A stretch of DNA of 64,000 nucleotides from Paraspadella gotoi (taxonomy: Eukaryota > Animalia > Chaetognatha), in assembly GCA_051294375.1 (NCBI GenBank), contig JBJCIZ010000239.1:3463828-3527827 (forward strand). The letters run 5' to 3'. The translations under genes and the position numbers were made by a program. Below are positions 24,753 through 38,144 of the stretch, piece after piece (the stretch's first letter is position 1; each line of letters opens with the position of its first letter). The notes beneath the pieces are model-generated. The model saw nothing but the letters and a program-made list of their open reading frames with translations. It ran no database searches and had not been told where the DNA came from.

Positions 24753-25144
24753 TTAATAGCCGACGTCGTCGTTGTAAGCGTCGTCGTAGTCGTCGTCGTC
24801 CTCGTCGTCCTCGTCGTAGTCGTCTTCTCCCCATTTGTGTTTGGAAATATTTTTGGACGCCTCGTGATCTTTACACCTGAAGATAAGTAGACCCGGTTAA
24901 CTACTATAAAAAAAAAATAAAGACCAAAATATTTATAAATGAGTATGTATGTATTATTCAATCGATCGATATAATCAGTCGAAATTGGAAAATAAAAAGA
25001 TAAATAACAAACCGACGGACAGACGTACAGACCGACAGACCGACCGAAAAGTGACTTATAGAGTTGCTCCGCGAGGACTCGCGGCTCAACTAAAAACGAA
25101 AAACAAATAAATAAATAAATAAATAAATAAATAAATTAAATAAG

Positions 25145-25179
<35 letters not shown>

Positions 25180-25268
25180 ATTAAATAAGTAAATAAAAAA
25201 ATAGATAAATAAATAAATTAAATAAGTAAATAAATAAATAAATAAATAAATTAAATAAGTAAATAAAA

Positions 25269-25299
<31 letters not shown>

Positions 25300-25319
25300 A
25301 AAAATAAATAAATAAATAA

Positions 25320-25371
<52 letters not shown>

Positions 25372-28030
25372 AAATACAATAAATAAAAAATAATAAATAA
25401 TAAAATAAATAAAATAAATAATAATAAATAAATAAGATAAATAAATAAACCAAATAAATAAAAAAAAAAATAAATAAATTAAATAATAAATAAATAAATA
25501 AATAAATAATAAAATAAAAAATAAATAAAAATAAATAAATAAACAAATAAATAAAAATAAATAAATAAATAAATAATAATTAATAAGTAAATAAATAAAT
25601 AAATAAATAAACAAATAAATAAAAAGAAAGAAATAAATAAATAAGTAAATAAATAAATAAGATAAATAAAAAACTGACTTGTTTCTCATTGGCGGCATGA
25701 ACTGCGGAATGCCGGGATGCGGAGCCTCTCGACAAGTCAGCGTTGACGGAGACGCGTATGGGACACTGAGCGCAATTTTTCCTGCAGGGAAATTGTTTTT
25801 TTCTTTTTAGTGTTTTTTGTCTTTTTGTCTTTTTGTCTTTTTGTCTTTTTGTCTTTTTGTCTTTTTCGAAAAGTTTTTTGGGACATTTAACATTTGACAA
25901 AAGTTAGCGTCTGGAGAAGTTTTGTGGAGTGTGAAAAGGTTGTCGAATTGCGTTTTCGTCGTGGCATCACTTATGACTGATAAGTAAGGCGTTTAAGATA
26001 CTTTATCAATGTACAGTTAATTAACGTATAACGTGGAGAGTTTTGGTTGTTCTCCATGTGTTGTGCTTTAAGCCATCGCCATGTCTGGTAAGGTGTGCTA
26101 CACCCTTACCCGTGCAAATGCCGTCTAAGCGTTATATTTTTGTCTTTTAGTGTTTTAGACTTTTGTCTTTTTGTCTTTTTGTCTTTTGTCTTTAGTGTTT
26201 TAGTGTTTTAGTGTTTTAGTTTTTTTGTCTTTTTGTCTTTTTGTCTTTTTGTCTTTTTGTCTTTTTGTCTTTTTTGTCTTTTTTGTCTTTTTTGTCTTTT
26301 TTGTCTTTTAGTGTTTAGACTTTTTGTCTTTTTGTCTTTTTGCCTTTTTGTCTTTTAGTGTTTTAGACTTTTTGTCTTTTTGTCTTTTGTCTTTTAGTGT
26401 TTTAGTGTTTTAGTGTTTTAGACTTTTGTCTTTTTGTCTTTTTGTCTTTTTGTCTTTTAGTGTTTAGTGTTTTAGACTTTTTGTCTTTTCGACTTTTTAG
26501 TCTTTTTGTCTTTTTGTCTTTTTATCTTTTTGTCTCTTAGTGTTTTAGTGTTTTAGTGTTTAGACTTTTTGTCTTTTTGTCTTTTAGTGTTTTAGTGTTT
26601 TAGTGTTTTAGTGTTTTAGACTTTTTGTCTTTTTGTCTTTTTATCTTTTTGTCTTTTAGTGTTTTAGTGTTTTAGACTTTTTGTCTTTTCGACTTTTAGT
26701 CTTTTTGTCTTTTTGTCTTTTTGTCTTTTAGTGTTTTAGTGTTTTAGACTTTTTGTCTTTTGTCTTTTTGTCTTTTAGTGTTTAGTGTTTTAGACTTTTT
26801 GTCTTTTTGTCTTTTAGTGTTTTAGTGTTTTAGACTTTTTGTCTTTTTGTCTTTTTGTCTTTTTGTCTTTTTGTCTTTTAGTGTTTTAGTGTTTAGTGTT
26901 TTAGGACTTATTGTCTTTTCGACTTTTAGTCTTTTTGTCTTTTTGTTTTCTTTTTGTCTTTTAGTGTTTTAGTGTTTTAGTGTTTTAGACTTTTTGTCTT
27001 TTTGTACTTTTGTATTTTCGTAGATTCATGTTTTTGTGTTTTTGTCAGTCTGTATTTTTGACTTTTTGTTTTTTAGTCTTTTTGTCTTTTCGACTCTTCG
27101 TCTTTTTGTCTTTTGTTTTTTTTTATTTTTGTATTTTTTTTGGCTTTGGTCTTTTATCCTTTTGTCGTTTGACTTGTTCATTTTTTAGGAATTTCTGTCT
27201 TTTGCAGTTCGAATCCAAAACCTGCAGATAGTCGACCAATTTGCCGCAACGAGTCTTGGCGTCCTCGAGAATGAGATATCTGAGAGAGAGAAGAGAAAAA
27301 AATTAATTCCGGAATAATAATTAATAATTAATTAATTATTTAAATAATTAATTAATTAATTAATTAAAGGTAATAAATTAATTAATACAAACTATATAAA
27401 CTAAAATAATAATTTGATTAATAAATTAATTAATTTGATCCGAAATGTTTGTTTTTAGGTCTTTCCTCACTGACCGACTGATTGATTGAATAATTGATTG
27501 ATTAATTAGCTGTTTAATTATTTGATTAATTATTACATCTTTCAATAAAATTTAATATAAAAAGAAAAAGAAGCATAATCAATTAGTGAAACAGGTTTTT
27601 TATTTTTTCCATTTAAACTCATTTCCACTCGCTCGATCGAAACTTCATATCCAGGTCAATCACACACTTCCCTACCCACACACAAAATTTCATTTCAATC
27701 CATCCTACCAATCACGAGCAATTGGAGTTTTTTGCTAAGGTGGGACGGACGGACGGACAGACAGACAGATGGACGGACGGACGGACGGACGGACATATTT
27801 TTTTTCATAATTTATCATAATTCGATGTTCTGACATGAAATAAGTTAATGCCCGACATGATTGAGGGGGCGGACCGACGGACCGAAAAAAGTGAATTATA
27901 GAGTCGGGATCTGCTGATAAGCAGATCCGACGAGAAAATGAAATTAAAAAGTGGAAAGATGGGAGAAGAGAAAGAATAAAAAAGAAATTAAAGTGAGAAA
28001 GGAACGGAGTAAGTTTGGGGAATAAATCCT

Positions 28031-28087
<57 letters not shown>

Positions 28088-28322
28088 CTCTCCTCTCTCT
28101 CTCTCTCGCTCTCTCTCTCTCTCCTCTCTCTCCTCGCTCACTGCGGCACGATCGACTCCGCCATCCTCAACGCTTTGTCGTGATTGTATCCCTCCTTCGC
28201 CAACTCGCGGACAGTCCGATTGACGGCGCTTCCCTTCTGCAGATCCTTCAGCTGCTCCCTCTGGTGAGAAAAATAGGGGGATCGAAAAAAGAAGCATCAA
28301 TATTATCTTTTTAATTATTATT

Positions 28323-28360
<38 letters not shown>

Positions 28361-29368
28361 GTCACCATGCACTTGTTGAAATCATCATCATTCGTATATT
28401 AGTCTTCGGGAAGCTACAACGAGACCTGGAACCGGTCGATGAGCACAGCATAGATCCAATCCTCGGAGAAAAAGTCGAAGAGATCGTCGACGGCCTCCTG
28501 CGCGTACTGCTGCTCCAGGTTGTTGAGGATGTAGACGCTGACGCCGTGGAGGCGGCGGAGGTTGGGCAGCAGCTGCAGCGCAGCGGGATCCCGGGTGAGG
28601 CAGAGAATCTCGCAGACGCGGCCGTAGAGGTCGCAACCGAGGTAAAAGTAGCCTGATTTTTGGAGAAGAAGAGGGAGAGAGGGTTGCTCGCTCGCCTACT
28701 TTCTTTCTCTTTTTCCTTTTTTCTTTCTTTCTTTCTTTCTTTCTATCCATCTATCTATCTATCTATCTGTCTATCTATCCCTTTAAACCTTTCGTCGCGC
28801 CGTCGTCCAGATGAGCCAACGAGCCAGTCTGGAAAAACTTCTTTTTGTGTTTGTTCTTATCAAACTCGTAACTTTCTTTCAAGGCTTCGATCAGCGTTTG
28901 ATCTTTGTGCCTCATGTTTGGACTTCGCACGTGGAGGTAGCTGCAAAAAAAAAAAAAAAAAAGCGTCCATTTTTTTCGCTGTTGTTGTTGATGTAGTTGC
29001 TGTTAATTTGTTTATGATTGTTGTCGCCGTTATCTTCGTCGTCGTCGTTGTTGTCGTCGTCTTTGTTGCTTTAGAAGAAATAAATTATCTCCGTTCCGGG
29101 TTTCGAACCCGCGACCTCCGTCATCACCCGATCCCGTTCAGCAATTGGCACTGGGACACCAGCGGGCGACGAAACTTTGGCAGCAACCCCAGCGTCTGGG
29201 ACCACTTGACGGACGTGTGACCCCACCAGCTCCGTTTGAGGGCCAAATCCGACACCAGCACCTTCGCCAGCCGCTCGCCGACCTCGCTGCTGCTGTAGCG
29301 GGACTGCACTTCTTTCTCAGCGTAGTAGCGTCTGAAAGGACAGGAGGGAGAAGGATGTGTGGAGAATC

Positions 29369-29435
<67 letters not shown>

Positions 29436-32400
29436 CTCACTCTCTCTCGCCTTTTATAAACAGTGGCCGGCCCCGCAGCCTTGATACAAGGGTCCGGAGT
29501 CTCAAATCTGTTGTTGATGGTGATTCCGCCGTCATACACCAGGGTGCCACACTGTCGGAGTAGAAGGATTGAACAAAAGACACATTTAATGCAGAACATT
29601 GTAGCCGTTTTGAAAGTATGAATTTCTTTCTATTCAATAATTAACAGTAATTGCTCAATACTCTCTAAACTCACATCATGCGCCCCCTATAGTTTTCAAA
29701 ATGCTATTAAAAACAAACGGAGACACACAACAAAAATACTATTCGAAACCAAATCGAGCGCAAAACCGGAATTCCGATGACAAATTCATCGAAATACGTT
29801 TGTACAACAGCAAATTTTCAATGTTGTCGGGAATTAATTTTTATAACAAACGTTTTGAGGATGAAATAGAACGAACGAAACCCGAGATCTCTCTCTCTCT
29901 CTCACGTGATCTCTCACGTGATTTCTCTCTCACGTTATTGATGGCGTAGAAGATGTCGTAATCTGTTTGTTTCGTTGCGTAGCTGATGACGAATCCCACT
30001 TTGTCGATCTGATGGAATTCGGAGGGTTGGTAGGATGGTATAGATATGTAAGAAGGAGTATGTGAGAGAGAGAGAGAAGAGGAAAGACGAGAGTAACGCG
30101 AGAGAGGAGAGGAGAGAGAGAGAGAGAGAGAAGAGAGAAAGAGAGGAGAGAGAGTTAGCATTTATTCCCCAAACTTGTAATGCCTTCCTCGCATCGACTA
30201 CTGGCCCGCATTCGTCTGGACATGCTCCCGCCCCCCGCCGCCCCCTTCAACATCCCTAACCGTGAAGGATTCTTTAGGATTGAAGAGCGAGGCGAACCGA
30301 CACGCCTCCACCTCTCGCGTTCCTCAGACTCCAGCGCCATTCCATCAACACTCCTCGTCGGACGTCGACGCCCCGCTTGGCGGTGTAGCCTTCCAGACGA
30401 CGAAGGATGCGCGTCTCTTCGTCCGTTTGGAGTTCTGAGGATTCGGGGCGGTGAAGTCAGTCTCCTCTCTCTCTCTCTCTCTCTCTCCTCTCTCTCCTCC
30501 TCTCTCTTCTCTTCTCTCTTCTCTCTCTCCTCTCCTCGCTTACCCATCTCCGCTTCCTCTCTGCCTCTCAGCCACAACTAAGACAGTCCTCGCCGCCCGA
30601 AAGATTTTGACGAGATTCGCGACGCACGCGTGGACCTCGACGCCGGATCCGTAGACGACGATCTTGGACGCCGGAATTTTCCGGCTCGCCGCCTCCATCT
30701 CCTGGGGGGGGGGTAGGGGGGGAGAGAAGGAAGGAAAGAAAGATAAAACGAAAAAACAGAGAGAAAGAAGGCGTGAAAGAAAAATAAAAATGAAAAGGAG
30801 AAATAGAAGGAAACAAGGAAAGAAATAGGTCAAAAATATAAAAATAAGGAAAGAAATGCGTAAATAAATAAAGAAAAAGAGAAAGAAAAGGAAAAGAACA
30901 AAGAAAAAAAAACGAAAGAAAAAGAAGGGGGGCAAAGAATGAAAGAAAAAGACCAGTAAAGGAAGTAAAAGAGAGAGAAATAAAAAAAAAGAAGGTAAAA
31001 AAACAGAAAAAGCAATACCAAAACGACCCCCCAGGCCGAGACTTTGTCGTCCTCTCTACTGAGCGTCATGGACCGGCGCCATCGTCTCCTCTGCGCCATT
31101 TCGCCACAAATACCAACGCTTTATTTGGCGTATAGTTAGCCCGGAAAAGTTAGCAAGTCAATGAAACCACTCTCCGAACTTAGTTCAAAATACCCCCCCA
31201 TTCTCTCTCTTTCTCTCTCTCCCCTTAAAAATAAAAAAACAAACTCGGAACCTCGATCATCTTGACGGCGCAGGGGGCGCCGTTGATGACGAAGACGTTG
31301 TCGGGAGCGTGGGCGATCGGGTAGTTCCGGTTCAATCTCTCCGTCAGATCGAAGGGAGTCGAAGACGTCGAGCGAAAGACTTCATCGTCCTCCTCCAAAA
31401 TCTCCGTTCCTGTTGTTGTTGTTGTTGTAGTTTTTGTTATTGTTCTCGTCAGGATTTCGCCCCTCGGTTTCCTCCTTTCTCTTTATCTCATGCAAATTCC
31501 TGATTTTTTTTTAGAATCTTTTTTTTTTTAAGTAACTATTTTTTTTTTAATTTTAGGCATCCTGTCATTTCTTACTTTCTTTCTTTTTTTCTTTCTTTTT
31601 TATTTACTTTTCCCCACCTTTCCCTCTTCACTTCCTTCTTCCCCTCACCTTATATTAATTTTAAAAGTCAATTATGAACAACGTACCATCAGTGAACATT
31701 AATATGTAAAAAAAATAATTTTAGGTTTTTTTTTCATTTTCGCAGTGGGCTAAATTTATATATAGTATTTAATAGTATAGTATAAAATCGTAAAAATTTC
31801 AAAATAGGCTTTTCTTAATTTTGATTGCCGATTTGAATTCCTCGTCAAAAGTTGAAAGAAAATATGAATCATTTTTAAAAATTATTTCATTTAAGTGGGT
31901 TAAAAATTTAAAAAAAATATATTTAATACGTAAAATTTGAATCTTCAGCTTAAAATATAGGTTTTTCTGATATTTGACCAACTTGAATGTGAAGAGATTT
32001 TTAAAAAAGAGTTATATTTCTTTATATCAACTTTTCATGACGAATCAAATCTGCAAAAAAATGTTACAAAAAAATATTGTGAAATTTTAACATTTATTGG
32101 ATTAGTACGATGTATAAATATGGCCTCCTGCGTAAATTGTAAAATTCATAAATAAATGTTCATTAACATAAAGTTGATCGTCCTCACTTCAAGAATTTCA
32201 ATTATAGTTAAATTTTGAATTTTTACTACGCTTTATTCCCCCAAATCTCCTTTTTTCCCAAACAACCGAATTTATCCACGCTGGCGATCCCTAGCGGCAT
32301 CGGCGCCTGATACATCCGTCCCGGCGTCAAAATAAGGACGTCGTAGTCGACGGCGCCATCTTCCTTAAGATGAAGGCGCCGCTTGACGCGATCGATGCGG

Positions 32401-33106
32401 GTGACGCGTCCGCGGACGACCTTGACGAATCCGCGGAAGGAGACGAGGCCGACGTCTGAATTTCGGAGAGAGTCTTTCAATCTCATTTGCATATTGTCGT
32501 GTTTCGATTAAACCTGGTTATACGTTACTTTAAAACCTTAAAATTTCTAGTTTTTTTTTTCTCCTCGAATATTTTGTTTATAATAACCATATAAGGATAT
32601 CCCTATCTTTTTTATAGGGAGGTGATTAAAATTAGAAAAAGTTTTCATTTATTTGTCAAAACACTAGGTCTCATGTTAATTCCCGTCATTACAAGAAATC
32701 GATAACGTTGCTTTTTTGTTGCCTCTCAATTTTCAATTATTATTTTTTATACATTATACATTATGCGCTACTTACATCAGAAAAACTGTTCTATTTTACT
32801 CTTATATGTATTATAAGTCACGTCATTACAATAAATTGATAATGTTGCTTTATTCCAATTGAATCTTGTCTGTCATTTTGATGTTATTGCGTCATCATTG
32901 TTTTTTTAACGCTAAAGCCGACGTGATATATAAATCAAACGTATTAAAACTATGTGGAGATTAGAGAAAGCAAAATATGAGAGCAAAGCAATGAATGAAA
33001 TTCAGAAGCATAGATTCACGGCATAGATTCACCTCGCCATTGATTCGTGATTTCGAGGAAATTTTGGATGTTTGGATCCGGGAAAGATTCTCCGGGAACC
33101 CCCTCG

Positions 33107-33163
<57 letters not shown>

Positions 33164-36100
33164 CTTCAAATCTATCTCCATTACATTCGATCGCCAACTT
33201 CGTCGTCAGTCCGTCCCTCCTTACGACATCCTGTCCGTTGGTACGCCCGCCCGTTTGTCAGTCCGTCAATCAGTCTGTCCGTCGGTCCCTTCGGTCGGTC
33301 GGTCAGTCCATCTCCTTACGAGACGAGGATGAGATTCGTGAAGAGGAAGTTCTCCAGGAAAGAGAGTTTGGCGAGGAAGGAGAGACCCGTCGTGGATGCA
33401 CCGACCACGACGATTCGAAGAGTCACGGGGACCCTGATGGGGGGAAAAAGATAGGACTTTGATGGAGAAAGACGGGCCCAAGTGATGGAGAAGCGGAGAG
33501 ACATCTATGGTTGCGAATTAAGGAAACGGGAATTATAAGATTATTTCCGTCGTAATATTGGGCTGGATAATTTGTTTTCGACAAAGCCTCGTTTCCAGCC
33601 TCATTTGCATATTATTTCTGATTTTAAAGAAATTTTTTCAACATTCAACATCTGCAAAGGCGATCGAGTGAAGAATCAAACGCGTCTTTTGAAACAAACC
33701 TAGTGCGCAGAACGACAGACCGACTTATCAAGACGCTTCGAAACTAAAAATAACCTGTCCCGATGCAGCAGCCGCTTGTTGATGTGAAAAAGAGCGAAAG
33801 GATGTTGGGTGAGGTAAGTCAGGTTCTTGGCCGGGGAGTTGGGTCCCTCGGGGTAGACCAGGGCGTGTCGAGGACGGATGGGAACAAAGTGTTGGAAGCA
33901 AGTGATCAGACTGTACCTGCAGTTGGGAGGGAAGGGGGTTTGATAATTTAATAGTTAATTTTACAAACTTACAAAAAATTTACAAATTCATTAATGTAAT
34001 TTAAGTAGAAATATCTTTAAAAATGAAAATTGTTTGGCCTTTACCACGTTTTCTCCATCATGAAAATACACGGAGGCGTGGGTTCGAATCCCACCGCTGC
34101 CACCACATTTAAGGAAAGAGAGATGAAATTTATTCTGAGAATAAGGATGACTGTGAGACACACGCAGGAGTCTTGATCAATGCTACTGAAACTAAAGAAA
34201 ACTTAGTCTAATTATATCTGAGAGTGAGGATCAGTGGCAACAGTGATTTTGGCAACATTCGCCTAAGAGGGAGAAGTCACAAACCCTCCTTCAGTGTCCA
34301 AAAAACTTGGGGCTTTCGCTCCCTGTTTATTCACGAAAGAATAGCGACCAATACTGTTAAGACCCGAATTTCTGAAACTAGTATCAACGAAGGACGAAAT
34401 CATATTTTGCTATGTAATATAAACATTTAAACGAACGAACAAACGGGCCAACCGACCTCATGTTGAGCGCGTACAACGGATGGACCGGATAGAACAAGGA
34501 GCTTTTCCTCGTCAACCGCATGATCTCGCCGAGAAACGATTTCTCCAGATTCGTGTAGATCGGCGAGAGGACGAAATGATGGATGTGTCCGTGTTCCTCC
34601 GCCGAATACATCTTCAGGTTGACGTAGCTCTCCACGCGGTAGATGGCGCGGAGGCTCTCTGGGCGAAGGGGGGGGGGTTTGGGGAAAGGCGTAAAGAGGG
34701 AAGAGAGTGTGAGGGAAAGAAAAACGGGGAAAATAAGGATATATGGACGACACAAGTTTCAGATCAAGAATGATTTATTCTTCAACAAGGTTATAAACAA
34801 TAACAGTCAAAAATGCTCAGATGCTAAGTCTATTACAATGGTATTTACAAAGGTCAACGATTTGACCACAAATAAACTGGGGGAGCCGAGCGGGGTCAGG
34901 TTGTTAAGGTCAAGTGGTTTGACCGAGGTTGCGTGTTCTATATGTTCGTCCACAGATAAACTATAATAAAAAAAAAACAAAAAACTCCGTAATAATAATA
35001 ATATAATAATAATAAATCCGTAATAATCAATTAATCATATGACAACCCAAGTATAAAACATGTATATTGTATAACTATAAGATAATTTAAACGTCTCAAT
35101 CTCATGGTACCCAATTACCTTTCTACCTATTTACGATTTACTTTTTTTTACGAAGTATTAACAAAAAAAAAAAAACCCCGTGCATTGAAAACATAAAATT
35201 TATAAGCATTGAAGCATAATAGCAATTTTATAACCGAGACACGCCAACGGAGATAAAGGGACAGAAAGACGGACCGACTGAAAAAAATTGATTTATACAG
35301 TCGCTCGGCCTCGTGGGCGCGACCAAAAATTTATACATGAACTAAAATTGATTTAAACGGACCGATGTTGAGTTGATCGGCGACCAGAGCGTAGCCGACG
35401 ACTTCGTCATTCACGACGGCGACGAAAGCAAAAGAGTTGCTCTGAATAATGCGGTTGGATGGAAGTTGAGTCAAAGTTAAATATATATACGCGTTAGTTT
35501 ACAACAATTAGTTGAAACAGTACATTCAGAAGGGCATACAGCATTACAGATAAACGTATAAATTGTACAGTTTACAATTCAAGTCAATAACGAACAACGT
35601 AGCATCAGTGAATATCAATTTGTAAAATATATTTATTTTGCGGTAAGCTGAAGAGACAGTAAAGATTGTTATACGTTAGAGACAGAACCGTTCAATATAA
35701 GCAGACCCTGAGCTTCGGATCAGGGTGTAACACCATGTTACAAGCGGGTTAAGCGCCCCGTCCCTCTGATCTGCAAGGCGACCACCGGGCTAGAACCCCA
35801 GACCTTTGTGATGGGGGGAGAATGACATGCCTCAGGCACCAAAGGCCGCTGATGAACGAATGATTTTAGTCCACTATAAAGCTATATTTTTCGGTCCTCT
35901 CGGAGTTTGAACCAACCCGATTGGCTATTTAACCATTCCCGATTGGCTGTAGCTAAGATATTCAACCAACCTGATTGGCTGCGGCCAAAATATTCGTCCG
36001 CTTGGAATGGACGTCGAAAGTGGTCTTCATCGACAACGGCGCCGTCGTTCCGTAGTCGAAGGCGTATTTGAAATCGATAAGAACATTCTTCGCGTTGGAG

Positions 36101-38079
36101 CCTTTGGGGCGGGTATATGTCATGTTTTAGTTGCGCCGCGAGTGCTCGCGGAGCAACTCTGTAAGTCACTTTTTGGTCGGACTGTCGGTATGTCTTTTTG
36201 CTGATAACTCGCCTATAGTTAGTTGCTCATTTGTTAAGACAGAAAAAAACAAAACAAATCAAAGTGACTGCTAGCGCCGCCTTCGGGAAATCCTAAAACT
36301 ATAAAGAATAAAAGACAGAATTCCTATTGAGTGCGTGTCATAAATACAAATACTATATAAAGAGGTTTGTTTCTAGTCATGTAGTAATGTGATCACAGGG
36401 AAATACTTGTGAAAAAAAAGTCACCGCGCCGCGACACATCACTAATTCACTATCCGCAACTGACTGAGGAAATGATCTTGGCCGAACTGATAGGGAGAAT
36501 CTGCCCGTTATCTCTCTCTCTCTCTCTTTCTCACCGCCCGCCACCCTCCAAGCCAGGGAAGCCACCCCCTTCAACTCCTTCTCCGACGTCAAGTGCTTGA
36601 CGCTGAAGTCGGCGCCCCGCAGCCCTGCTCTGTTGAACAGATGCAGCTCCTGCGGCAGATTAGACTTCGGCGTCGACGTGACGCGCATGAACTCGTCGAG
36701 GGAGTGAACCGGAAGGGCGCAGCGCGGCATCGTCACCTGGACGGAGCGGGATGTAATCGAAAAGGTAAACAATCATAATAACAGCAAAAAAATACGAAAA
36801 CGATATCGAAACATTAAAAAACAGTAAAAAACGACTATAAAACAATAAAAAATAAAGAAAGGTAAATCAAAAGACAAAACAAGCTTGAATAACCGACAAA
36901 AACCAAACAAAAAATAATTCTAATTCAAACAAAAACAAACCAAAAAATAAACAATGAAAAAACAAATCAAAACAAAACAAAAATGAAAACATAACAAAAA
37001 AATAAATGAATGAACAAATAAACATCGACAACAAACCTAAACAAAAAAAAAACAAAGTATCATCAAAAACAAAAGTACTAGATCAAAAACAAAACAAAGC
37101 CTAAACAAAAAAAAAAAAAAACAAAAAAAAAACAAAAAACAAAGAAGCAAAGAAACAAAAACTCTGCTTTCAAAATTACCCACTCACGCCAAAAAATCGA
37201 GGCGGGGAAATTGAGAAAATGTGGGGAAAAATCTCTGCTTCTCGAGACGAAATCCTGACGAATTGAAGTAAGTGAAGGCAACGACGACGTTGCTCTCGGA
37301 AATGGGCGGCGCCGCCGCGTCGGCGTCGGCGTCGGCTGATTGGTCCCTGACGCAGCTGGCGATTTTTTTTTTGGGGGGGGAGTGATGAGGGAAATCGGAA
37401 ATTCTGTTTTAGTCTTTTTACTTTTTTTTGGGGAGGGGGGCTATCTATATAAATTTCTGTCTTTTTTCCCCTTTTTTTTAGACTATCCGTTTTGCTTTAT
37501 TATATTTATTCTTTATATTTCTCTGCTTTGTTCTTCATATTTTTTTTAAAACTTTTATTTTATTCATAATTTTTTTTTAAATCGATTTTTTTATGTCCCT
37601 GTTTTTTTTTTCTCTTCTTTCTTTTTTTTTCCCTTTTTCTTCCTCATACTATTTCCTTTTTTTTGGGGGGGGTATGTAATCTTTCCTCTTTTTTTCTTTC
37701 TTTTTTTTTCCTTCTTTTTCTCCTTTCTTCCTCCTTCCTTCCCTCTTTACCTCCTTTTCCCTCCTCTTCCTTCTCTTCTCTTTCCTCCGCGTTCTTATTG
37801 ACGTTCAAAAAGTCTTATTTTCGTTGTTCTCTGTCGAATCAACGAAAGAAACTTGTCAAATGTAACCTTGTGACCTTATAATATTAAAACTCGTAAAATG
37901 TAACTTGTGACCTTATAAAATTATAAAACTCGTAAAATGTAACTTGTGACACTTTAAAAAATTATAAAACTCGTAAAAGTAAACTTATAAAATTATAAAA
38001 ACTCGTAAAATGTACCCAACCTAATTTTACATTAAAAATTCAGTTAATTCTCTCTCTCTCTCTTCTCTCTCTCTCCTCT

Positions 38080-38144
<65 letters not shown>

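Noticed and set aside
25870-26135. Unique insertion within the satellite
   Set aside because: Absent from the mirror copy, no termini or ORF; looks like a low-quality read stretch
18361-27996. Foldback/Galileo-type transposon with giant TIRs
   Set aside because: Arms are host CFAP61 exons and introns, with no transposase or TSD; a reoriented gap fill explains the junctions
29090-29122. tRNA-like GGTTCGAAACCC on the - strand
   Set aside because: T-arm fragment only; no cloverleaf
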